Assembly: GCA_045586685.1 (NCBI GenBank)
Contig: JAZNAU010000013.1
Span: 1-11,948 of the forward strand
Origin: Clostridia bacterium
GTDB taxonomy: Bacteria > Bacillota > Clostridia > HGM11514
Direction: 5' to 3'
DNA length: 11,948 nt
Positions 1-6,514 of this stretch are shown piece by piece (the stretch's first letter is position 1; each line of letters opens with the position of its first letter). Position numbers and translations under genes: made by a program. The notes below the pieces were generated by a model, which was given only the letters and a program-made list of their open reading frames with translations, was not told the origin of the DNA and searched no databases.

Positions 1-195
1 CTTTTGCCGCCGTTCAGCTGTCATTCATTAAGACATACATTCACTACTCGCTTGTGTGAAAATGGTGTAAACGTTAAGGTTATTCAGGACGTATTGGGTC
101 ATAGTGATTTTAAGACAACAATGGACATCTACACAGATGTAACAAAGGAACTTAAGCAAAAGGAATTTAGCAACTTAGATGCCAAGTTGGTGTAG
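1..195 (+). CDS. Tyrosine recombinase/integrase, C-terminal catalytic end (5'-partial; frame is open from base 1)
   Basis: Translation LLPPFSCHSLRHTFTTRLCENGVNVKVIQDVLGHSDFKTTMDIYTDV has the HxLRH box, LGH and the catalytic Tyr (TTMDIY). Stop TAG at 193-195. The TTG start at 4 in the ORF track is an edge artefact. Confidence 0.95.
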   Translation, partial: LLPPFSCHSLRHTFTTRLCENGVNVKVIQDVLGHSDFKTTMDIYTDVTKELKQKEFSNLDAKLV

Positions 196-219
196 TAACC
201 AAAGGTTACTACACCAACT
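185..219. repeat. Perfect 16-bp inverted repeat over the integrase stop codon
   Basis: AGTTGGTGTAGTAACC (185-200), AAA loop, GGTTACTACACCAACT (204-219). Confidence 0.9.
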
Positions 220-240
220 ACACCATTTACTACACCATTT
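208..240 (+). repeat. ACTACACCA direct repeats, putative integrase arm-type sites
   Basis: ACTACACCA at 208, 217 and 229 (the last two followed by TTT), plus an inverted copy at 188-196. The repeats are seen directly; the function is inferred. Confidence 0.75.
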
Positions 241-256
241 CTCCTATATGATATAT

Positions 257-339
257 AGACTTATGAAGACTTATGGAAAAATCAATGTTTGTAAATCTCT
301 TGACATAAAGGGTTATGTAGAGTTATAATGAGTTATGTA
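257..339 (+). repeat. 10-bp-phased TTAT(G) repeats, possible excisionase or host-factor sites
   Basis: AGACTTATG at 257 and 267; GTTAT at 312, 322 and 332 (GTTATGTA at 312 and 332). Confidence 0.5.
300..329 (+). promoter_or_regulatory. Sigma-A type promoter facing out of the element
   Basis: TTGACA (300-305), 18-bp spacer, TATAAT (324-329); both hexamers are perfect consensus. Confidence 0.7.
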
Positions 340-355
340 ATTATTAAGACTCAAA

Positions 356-384
356 TCCCAACAATGAAGCCGTTGGATAAGTAA
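356..384 (+). other. lysS: Displaced 3' tail of lysyl-tRNA synthetase gene, putative att core
   Basis: CCA ACA ATG AAG CCG TTG GAT AAG TAA (358-384) = PTMKPLDK*, matching the class II LysRS C-terminus (…IRDVLLFPTMKP…). The preceding codon ATC is one base from Phe TTC. Confidence 0.65.
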
Positions 385-420
385 TGATGTTACCGTTGTT
401 ATAATAATAAAAAGGAGGGC

Positions 421-1059
421 TTGGCATTGGAAGAACAAAAAACACTTAGGGGATGGATTGATAATTTCTTTTATTATTATAAGTGGCATACGATTTTTGC
501 GTTGCTGGCAATTTTTATGATTGTGACTACGGTAATACAGGTGCGAAGCCGTATTGACTACGATACTACCATTACCTTTTTGGGAAGCTTTGGGCAGAAC
601 GAAGCAACCATGAAGGAATTTCAGAATCATATGGAGCAGGTATTGTCGGATGCAAACGGAGATGGAGAGGTTCATGTTCTGCCTTATTTTATGTTTATCA
701 GCGGAGATGCCATGTCTGCCCAGCAAGACAATGCAGTGGCAGTGCGGTTGCAGGGAATGCTTATGACCCGTGAAACAACGGTGATGATTTTGGATAAAGG
801 TTCCATGACAGCGTTAGCAGAGGGCGGAGCGTTAGAAGATTTAAGTTCGTTTTATGAAGAATATGGACTGGAATTGACAGACAGCTCTTACGGAATTCCC
901 ATAGCAGAGAATAATTCGGTATTTTCTATGTTTTCTATGACAGGACGGCAGTATTATATGACTCGATTGGCAAAGGCAGAAGACATGGATAGTAGACAGA
1001 CTGCTGATTATGAAAATGCAGAAAAAGTATTGCGAATGGTGATAGAGGGGCAAAAATAA
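421..1059 (+). CDS. Hypothetical membrane-anchored protein (single N-terminal TM helix, probable extracytoplasmic domain)
   Basis: RBS AAGGAGG at 412-418, TTG start, 212 aa. Aromatic motif WIDNFFYYYKWH precedes a hydrophobic stretch TIFALLAIFMIVTTVI. Followed by a terminator. Confidence 0.85.
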   Translation: MALEEQKTLRGWIDNFFYYYKWHTIFALLAIFMIVTTVIQVRSRIDYDTTITFLGSFGQNEATMKEFQNHMEQVLSDANGDGEVHVLPYFMFISGDAMSAQQDNAVAVRLQGMLMTRETTVMILDKGSMTALAEGGALEDLSSFYEEYGLELTDSSYGIPIAENNSVFSMFSMTGRQYYMTRLAKAEDMDSRQTADYENAEKVLRMVIEGQK

Positions 1060-1067
1060 TCATGAAT

Positions 1068-1107
1068 ACAATTGTCATTCTTTTTAAAGGGTGGCAATTG
1101 TTTTTTT
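1068..1107 (+). terminator. Rho-independent terminator
   Basis: ACAATTGTCATTCTTT / AAAGGGTGGCAATTGT stem with G-U pairs, followed by a T run (1101-1107). Confidence 0.85.
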
Positions 1108-1125
1108 AAATTTTACTTTTTGTCC

Positions 1126-1154
1126 TTGCATTTCTTTCTGTTTTGGTATATAAT
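1126..1154 (+). promoter_or_regulatory. Sigma-A promoter for the DUF1846 gene
   Basis: TTGCAT (1126-1131), 17-bp spacer, TATAAT (1149-1154). Confidence 0.7.
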
Positions 1155-1187
1155 GAAAAGAGTGGAAATTTTAAGAGGGGTGAAACA

Positions 1188-2648
1188 ATGGCGGCAGTTG
1201 GATTTGATAATGAAAAATATCTGTTGATGCAGTCCCAGAATATTCGGGATCGTATTTCTCAATTTGGGGGAAAGCTTTATTTGGAATTTGGGGGCAAGCT
1301 CTTTGATGATTTTCATGCCTCCCGTGTTTTGCCCGGTTTTGAGCCTGATAGTAAGCTGAAAATGTTGCTTCAGTTAAAAGAACGGGTGGAAATTGTTATC
1401 ACCATAAATGCCGCAGATATTGAAAAAAATAAGCTTCGCAGTGATTTGGGAATTACCTATGATCTGGACGTGATTCGTTTGATTGACTGCTTCCGTTCTA
1501 TCGGACTTTATGTGGGCAGTGTGGTAATGACCCGTTTTGACGGACAAGCAACTGCTATTGCATTTCAAAAGCGGTTGGAATCCTTAGGAGTTCGGGTGTA
1601 CCGTCATTATACCATTGAAGGATATCCTTCTGATATTGCCAAAATTGTCAGTGATGAGGGTTACGGAAGGAATGAATATATTGAAACCTCGAAGGAATTG
1701 GTGGTGATTACCGCTCCCGGTCCCGGCAGCGGAAAAATGGCAACCTGTCTTTCCCAGCTTTATCATGAACACGAACGGGGCGTTCAGGCAGGATATGCAA
1801 AATTTGAAACCTTCCCTATATGGAACATTCCTTTGACTCATCCTGTTAACCTTGCCTACGAGGCGGCAACGGCAGATTTGAATGATGTGAATATGATTGA
1901 CCCTTTCCATCTGGAGGCATATGGAGAAACCACAGTTAATTACAACCGTGATGTTGAAATTTTTCCTGTGGTAAAAGCCATGATGGAAAAGATTTTGGGT
2001 ACTTGTCCTTATAAATCGCCCACCGACATGGGGGTAAATATGGCAGGGAATTGTATTATCGACGACGAGATTACAAACAATGCCTCCAAGCAGGAAATTC
2101 TAAGACGGTATTATACCGCCCTTTGCGATCAGAGAAAAGGATTGCTTGCAGATGAGGTGGTATATAAATTGGAATTGCTGATGAAAAAAGCCGGAATTAC
2201 CGTTAATGACCGTAAAGTGATTGGGCCTGCTTTGCAAAAAGCCACCATTACAGGTGCACCGGCTGCAGCTATGGAACTTCCGGACGGCACGATTGTTACA
2301 GGCAAAACCACAGAATTGCTGGGAGCGTCTTCCGCATTGCTGTTCAATGCTTTAAAAACCCTTGCAGGGCTTGAGGACGAGGTCCATATGATTTCTCCTA
2401 CTGTTATTGAGCCCATTCAGCATTTAAAAACAGACCATTTGGGGAACAGAAATCCTCGGCTTCATACGGACGAAGCGCTGATTGCTCTCTCTATTTGTGC
2501 ATCCTCCGATGAAAATGCGGAGCTGGCGATGCAGCAATTAAGTAAACTACGGGGATGCGAGGTTCACTCCTCAGTGATTCTTTCTCCCGTTGATGAAAAA
2601 GTATTCCGCAGATTAGGAGTCAATCTTACCTGCGAACCGAGATATTAA
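1188..2648 (+). CDS. DUF1846 / UPF0371 family protein (P-loop-like motif, function unknown)
   Basis: Family-typical N-terminus GFDNEKYL…KLYLEFGGKLFDDFHASRVLPGF, GPGSGKMATCLSQLYHE and YAKFETFPIWN. Start moved to ATG 1188 (RBS GAGGGGTG upstream); the TTG at 1143 lies inside the promoter. Confidence 0.92.
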   Translation: MAAVGFDNEKYLLMQSQNIRDRISQFGGKLYLEFGGKLFDDFHASRVLPGFEPDSKLKMLLQLKERVEIVITINAADIEKNKLRSDLGITYDLDVIRLIDCFRSIGLYVGSVVMTRFDGQATAIAFQKRLESLGVRVYRHYTIEGYPSDIAKIVSDEGYGRNEYIETSKELVVITAPGPGSGKMATCLSQLYHEHERGVQAGYAKFETFPIWNIPLTHPVNLAYEAATADLNDVNMIDPFHLEAYGETTVNYNRDVEIFPVVKAMMEKILGTCPYKSPTDMGVNMAGNCIIDDEITNNASKQEILRRYYTALCDQRKGLLADEVVYKLELLMKKAGITVNDRKVIGPALQKATITGAPAAAMELPDGTIVTGKTTELLGASSALLFNALKTLAGLEDEVHMISPTVIEPIQHLKTDHLGNRNPRLHTDEALIALSICASSDENAELAMQQLSKLRGCEVHSSVILSPVDEKVFRRLGVNLTCEPRY

Positions 2649-2690
2649 AAAAGAAAACTATCATTTAAGAAGTGTACTGTTAAGGACAGT

Positions 2691-2720
2691 AAAAGGTCGC
2701 AGCAATTTGCTGCGACCTTT
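2691..2720. terminator. Bidirectional terminator between convergent genes
   Basis: Perfect inverted repeat AAAGGTCGCAGCAA (2692-2705) / TTGCTGCGACCTTT (2707-2720), overlapping the RAYT stop codon. Confidence 0.85.
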
Positions 2721-2926
2721 AATCATTGCAAAAACAATCTAATTCCCATTTTAAAGGGTTGGTGTCTATGTATTCCCATATTTTTTGATAATCCTTTTCT
2801 CCGCGAATTATGTGGTCATGGAATGATTTCTGAAACAATCTCTTATGAAACGGTTTAAGCACACCTTTTTTAACATAGCGAATATATTCATTTGTAGCCA
2901 TTGTTTCAAACCATCGCATCACATCG

Positions 2927-2955
2927 TGTAGGGAACGACCTATGTGTCGTTCCGT
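2927..2955 (+). repeat. REP element copy 1
   Basis: T-GTAG-GGAACGAC-CTATGT-GTCGTTCC-GT: GTAG foot plus an 8-bp palindromic stem. Confidence 0.85.
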
Positions 2956-3071
2956 TATTATGACAATAATATGAATATGGTTAGGCATAATTACATATTT
3001 GTCTATTTTTATGTTATCAAATTTATTTTCTGTTTCTTTCAACCATTTGTGGATAATTCTGTTTTGTGCAG

Positions 3072-3100
3072 ACGGAACGACACATAGGTCGTTCCCTACA
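3072..3100 (-). repeat. REP element copy 2 (inverted)
   Basis: ACGGAACGACACATAGGTCGTTCCCTACA is the exact 29-bp reverse complement of 2927-2955. Confidence 0.85.
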
Positions 3101-3102
3101 AC

Positions 3103-3140
3103 GAAAAGGCAGAAATGAAATCAAATCGTTTCTGCCTTTC
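3103..3140. terminator. Terminator-like hairpin at the RAYT truncation point
   Basis: AAAGGCAGAAATGA (3105-3118) / TCGTTTCTGCCTTT (3126-3139), one U-G pair on the + strand; U-tail CCTTTTCGTT on the - strand. Confidence 0.6.
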
Positions 3141-3242
3141 AATATTGCATTGGACGAAGTTGTATTGACAGAAAGCAAACAGAAGTTATTGTCCTCTTTT
3201 CCAAGGTAAATGTGAAAAATTTCAAATTTTTTCAAAAAACCC

Positions 3243-3271
3243 TTGTAATTTAGAGCATTTTCTTATATAAT
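3243..3271 (+). promoter_or_regulatory. Sigma-A promoter for pta-ackA
   Basis: TTGTAA (3243-3248), 17-bp spacer, TATAAT (3266-3271), with an AT-rich upstream tract. Confidence 0.7.
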
Positions 3272-3289
3272 AGAATAAATAATACGTTT

Positions 3290-3323
3290 CACTCATCCAA
3301 AATCAGTTTGGATGAGTGGTTTT
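3290..3323 (+). promoter_or_regulatory. Perfect 12-bp stem-loop in the pta 5' UTR
   Basis: CACTCATCCAAA-ATCAG-TTTGGATGAGTG followed by GTTTT. Function unknown. Confidence 0.55.
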
Positions 3324-3349
3324 GATGAAAAGGAAAGGTGAGAAATACC

Positions 3350-4351
3350 ATGAGTCAATTTTTAGACAGAATTATTGAACGGGCAAAGGCTGATAAGAAA
3401 ACAGTCGTTCTTCCCGAGTCTATGGACAGAAGAACCTTTGAAGCAGCCGAAAAAATCTTAAAGCAGGATATTGCTAACATTGTGATTATCGGAACACCGG
3501 AGGAAATTGAAGAAAATTCCAAAGGCTTAGATATTTCCAAGGCGACTATAATCAATCCTTATACCTATGAAAAAACAGAAGAATATCTGAATCTGTTTGT
3601 AGAGCTGAGAAAGTCAAAGGGACTTACATACGAGGATGCTAAAAAACAGGCTTTGGGGGACTATATGTATTATGCTTGTCTTATGGTTAAGGCAGGAGAT
3701 GCTGACGGGGTGGTTTCCGGTGCTTGCCATTCTACTGCAAACACCTTACGTCCAAGCCTTCAGATTATCAAAACCAAACCCGGTGTGGCTTTGGTTTCTG
3801 CATTCTTTGTTATGGTAGTGCCGGATTGCGAATATGGTGCAGACGGAACCTTTATTTTTGCAGACAGCGGTTTGGAGCAAAATCCCGACCCCGCAAAATT
3901 GGCGGCAATCGCAGGATGCTCAGCAGAATCCTTTGAACTGCTCGCCGAAAAAGAGGCTTATGTTGCAATGCTTTCTCATTCTTCCATGGGCAGTGCAAAG
4001 CATGCAGATGTAGATAAAGTGGTGGAAGCAACCAAGCTTGCAAAAGAACAGTATCCCAATGTGAAGCTGGACGGAGAATTGCAGTTGGATGCCGCAATCG
4101 TTCCTGAAATCGGTGAATCGAAAGCGCCCAATTCCAGCGTGGCAGGTCATGCAAACGTATTGGTATTTCCTGATTTGGATGCAGGAAATATTGGATATAA
4201 GCTGGTTCAACGTTTGGCAAAGGCAGAAGCGTATGGTCCTATTACACAGGGTATTGCAATGCCCATTAACGATTTGTCCAGAGGTTGCTCTGCCGATGAT
4301 ATCGTAGGGGTTGTTGCTATCACCTGTGTTCAGGCACAAAATCAGAAATAA
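3350..4351 (+). CDS. pta: Phosphate acetyltransferase
   Basis: VVLPES, ADGVVSGACHSTANTLRP, DGELQLDAAIVP, FPDLDAGNIGYKLVQR, NDLSRGCS. ATG 3350 (AGGTGA 8 nt upstream) preferred over GTG 3338. Confidence 0.97.
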   Translation: MSQFLDRIIERAKADKKTVVLPESMDRRTFEAAEKILKQDIANIVIIGTPEEIEENSKGLDISKATIINPYTYEKTEEYLNLFVELRKSKGLTYEDAKKQALGDYMYYACLMVKAGDADGVVSGACHSTANTLRPSLQIIKTKPGVALVSAFFVMVVPDCEYGADGTFIFADSGLEQNPDPAKLAAIAGCSAESFELLAEKEAYVAMLSHSSMGSAKHADVDKVVEATKLAKEQYPNVKLDGELQLDAAIVPEIGESKAPNSSVAGHANVLVFPDLDAGNIGYKLVQRLAKAEAYGPITQGIAMPINDLSRGCSADDIVGVVAITCVQAQNQK

Positions 4352-4372
4352 TGAGTATAGGAGGAGATTGTA

Positions 4373-5566
4373 ATGAAAATTTTAGTTATTAACGCAGGCA
4401 GTTCTTCTTTAAAATATCAGCTGATTTCTATGGAAGATCAGGTGGTTATGGCAAAGGGTCTGTGCGAAAAAATCGGATTAGAGGATTCCAGAATTAAATT
4501 TAAACCAGCAAAGGGAGAAGAAGTGATTACCGAATCTCCCATGAAGGACCATTCCGATGCAATTAAATTAGTAATTGCTGCATTGATGAATGAAGAATAC
4601 GGTGTGATTTCTTCTATGGATGAAATTTCTGCAGTTGGTCACCGTGTGGTACACGGAGGCGAGTTGTTCAGTGGTTCCGTTCTGATTACGGACGAGGTGA
4701 AAAAAGCGTTGGAACAGTGTACACCGTTAGCTCCTTTGCACAATCCTGCAAACTTAATCGGGATTGCCGCTTGCGAACAGGGAATGCCGGGAGTACCTCA
4801 GGTTGCGGTGTTTGATACTGCGTTTCATCAGACGATGCCCAAAGAAGCGTATATGTATGCTCTGCCTTATGAGTTGTATGAAAAACATAAAATTAGAAGA
4901 TATGGTTTCCATGGTACTTCTCATCGTTATGTTTCCGCCAAAGCAGCTGAACTGTTAGGAAAGCCCGCAGAAGAGCTGAAAATCATTACCTGTCACTTAG
5001 GGAACGGCTCTTCCATTACTGCAGTGGACGGCGGAAAATCTGTTGATACCAGCATGGGCTTTACTCCCTTGGAGGGGGTTGTTATGGGAACCCGCAGCGG
5101 TTCTTTGGACCCTGCAATCCTTACCTTCCTGATGAATCAGGAAAAGATGAATGCAGATGATATTGATGCACTGTTAAATAAAAAATCAGGTCTGCAAGGT
5201 ATTTCCGAGGTAAGCAGTGACTTCCGTGATTTGGAAGCTGCTATCAATGAAGGAAACGAAAAAGCACAGCTGGCAGTGGATATGTTCTATTACAGTGTAA
5301 AGAAATATATTGGTGCTTATGCTGCTGCTATGGGCGGTGTTGATGCGATTGTATTCACCGCAGGAATCGGAGAAAATAATTGTCAGGGCCGTTTGGAAAT
5401 TACAAAGGGTCTGGAATTTATGGGAATTAAGGTTGACGAGGAAAAGAACAGCAAACGGGGAGTGGCTCTGGATGTTTCTGCAGAAGGTGCTACAGTTCGC
5501 ACACTGGTCATCCCCACAGATGAAGAAATGATGATTGCAATGGACACCTTAGAACTGACAAAATAA
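4373..5566 (+). CDS. ackA: Acetate kinase
   Basis: [62 protein letters not shown]; RBS AGGAGG upstream. Confidence 0.98.
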   Translation: MKILVINAGSSSLKYQLISMEDQVVMAKGLCEKIGLEDSRIKFKPAKGEEVITESPMKDHSDAIKLVIAALMNEEYGVISSMDEISAVGHRVVHGGELFSGSVLITDEVKKALEQCTPLAPLHNPANLIGIAACEQGMPGVPQVAVFDTAFHQTMPKEAYMYALPYELYEKHKIRRYGFHGTSHRYVSAKAAELLGKPAEELKIITCHLGNGSSITAVDGGKSVDTSMGFTPLEGVVMGTRSGSLDPAILTFLMNQEKMNADDIDALLNKKSGLQGISEVSSDFRDLEAAINEGNEKAQLAVDMFYYSVKKYIGAYAAAMGGVDAIVFTAGIGENNCQGRLEITKGLEFMGIKVDEEKNSKRGVALDVSAEGATVRTLVIPTDEEMMIAMDTLELTK

Positions 5567-5595
5567 GCAAAATTGCACAAAATTTTAAAAACCGC

Positions 5596-5624
5596 TTGAC
5601 AAGAAAGCAAATTTTTAGTATACT
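5596..5624 (+). promoter_or_regulatory. Sigma-A promoter for yceD-rpmF
   Basis: TTGACA (5596-5601), 17-bp spacer, TATACT (5619-5624). Confidence 0.8.
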
Positions 5625-5651
5625 ATATACACTGTGCCGAGGTGAGACGGA

Positions 5652-6140
5652 ATGAAAATTGAATTGTTACAGTTGTTAAAACACGAGGGTGCAGCCGTCA
5701 CCTTGCAGGAAGCTGTTTTTTCACCGGAAGAACTGGATATTGACGGGGAAGGTGTGGCTTTGAAAGAAGCGGTTTCGGTGAACGGTTCCTTTGTTAACTT
5801 AGGAAGTGATGTGATTCAGTTTTCGGCAAAATGCAATTATGTACTGAAATTGGAATGTGCTCGGTGTTTAAAAGAATTTTCCCGTTCTTTTCCTTGCTCC
5901 ATTCATGAAGTGTTTCGCGAGCCGGAGGATTGGGAGGATTTTCTCACCGATGGATTGATTGATGTGACGGCGATTGTCCGTCATGGAATTTTGCTTGGAA
6001 TGGATTCCCGATATTTATGTCGGGAAGATTGTAAAGGCCTTTGTGCCAAATGCGGACATGATCTCAATGAAGGACCTTGCGGATGCGAGGAAGAGATTGA
6101 TCCAAGACTGTCCGTACTAAAACAGTTATTAAAAGACTAA
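5652..6140 (+). CDS. yceD: DUF177/YceD family protein (23S rRNA accumulation)
   Basis: CARCL, LCREDCKGLCAKCGHDLNEGPCGC and IDPRLSVLKQL motifs; canonical position upstream of rpmF; RBS GAGGTG. Confidence 0.93.
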   Translation: MKIELLQLLKHEGAAVTLQEAVFSPEELDIDGEGVALKEAVSVNGSFVNLGSDVIQFSAKCNYVLKLECARCLKEFSRSFPCSIHEVFREPEDWEDFLTDGLIDVTAIVRHGILLGMDSRYLCREDCKGLCAKCGHDLNEGPCGCEEEIDPRLSVLKQLLKD

Positions 6141-6186
6141 AGATACGAGGAACCCCTCATTTTGTCTGTTTAAGGAGGTGTAGAAA

Positions 6187-6369
6187 ATGGCAGTACCTAA
6201 GGGTAAAACATCTAAATCCAGAAGAGATAAGAGACGTGCAAACTGGAAGCTTGCAATCCCCGGGATGGTAAAATGTCCCCAGTGTCAGGAGTTCATGATG
6301 CCCCATAGAGTATGCGGCTCTTGCGGCTTCTACAAAGGAAAGCAGGTTGTAGCGAAAAAAGAAGCGTAA
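6187..6369 (+). CDS. rpmF: 50S ribosomal protein L32 (zinc-ribbon form)
   Basis: [18 protein letters not shown]…CPQC…[14 protein letters not shown]; RBS AAGGAGGT. Confidence 0.98.
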   Translation: MAVPKGKTSKSRRDKRRANWKLAIPGMVKCPQCQEFMMPHRVCGSCGFYKGKQVVAKKEA

Positions 6370-6381
6370 CACGTATCTGAT

Positions 6382-6416
6382 ACGGCACAGGGGCGGTTTG
6401 CCTTTGTGCCGTTTTT
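6382..6416 (+). terminator. Rho-independent terminator after rpmF
   Basis: ACGGCACAGGGGC / GCCTTTGTGCCGT stem followed by a T run. Confidence 0.85.
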
Positions 6417-6462
6417 CGTATTTTAATGTGGTTTTGGTTTCGGTATTTTTTGGATAATATTC

Positions 6463-6491
6463 TTGACGGAAAACGGATTTTAAGATATAAT
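6463..6491 (+). promoter_or_regulatory. Sigma-A promoter for the DUF512-der-plsY-gpsA-pncB operon
   Basis: TTGACG (6463-6468), 17-bp spacer, TATAAT (6486-6491). Confidence 0.75.
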
Positions 6492-6514
6492 AAAAAGGAA
6501 TGAAGGTGAGAGCT

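Larger units (their letters stand above)
1..372 (+). mobile_element. Right end (attR side) of an integrative element (ICE/IME/prophage-like)
   Basis: Integrase points into a ~160-bp AT-rich non-coding arm with several short repeat arrays, which ends at a lysS-like 3' fragment. The exact boundary cannot be fixed without attL. Confidence 0.75.
2719..3102 (-). pseudogene. REP-associated tyrosine transposase (RAYT/TnpA-REP, IS200/IS605 Y1 HUH superfamily), 5'-truncated
   Basis: YVIMPNHIH (HUH motif), FQKSFHDHIIR and catalytic YIDTNP. The frame extends upstream of TTG 3042 as VVGNDLCVVPSAQNRIIHKW. It then runs into a hairpin and a TGA at 3123-3121 without the usual N-terminal YFxTxCT region. Confidence 0.85.

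Noticed and set aside
185-345. Short repeats as a CRISPR array or iteron origin
   Set aside because: Units are only 5-12 bp with no unique spacers and no cas or rep gene in view; position next to an integrase fits att arm sites better.
2675-2691. TACTGT-TAAGG-ACAGTA mini-hairpin before the terminator
   Set aside because: 6-bp AT-rich stem, within chance expectation.
2719-3102. IS200/IS605 element with tnpB or omega-RNA
   Set aside because: No tnpB/iscB; the protein motifs and GTAG-footed palindromes indicate RAYT/REP.
3165-3192. TTGACA-N16-TATTGT second promoter, resembling 5596-5611 (TTGACA[A]GAAAGCAAA)
   Set aside because: Weak -10 and short spacer; a gapped 15-bp match in A-rich DNA can arise by chance.
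3023-3235. 70-aa minus-strand ORF as the frameshifted N-terminus of the RAYT
   Set aside because: It lacks RAYT N-terminal motifs and runs through a terminator-like hairpin; the REP-derived VGNDLCVVP is already in the main RAYT frame.
6141-6170. Small GAGG-AACC-CCTC hairpin upstream of rpmF as an autoregulatory leader
   Set aside because: Only a 4-bp core stem; unsupported without comparative data.
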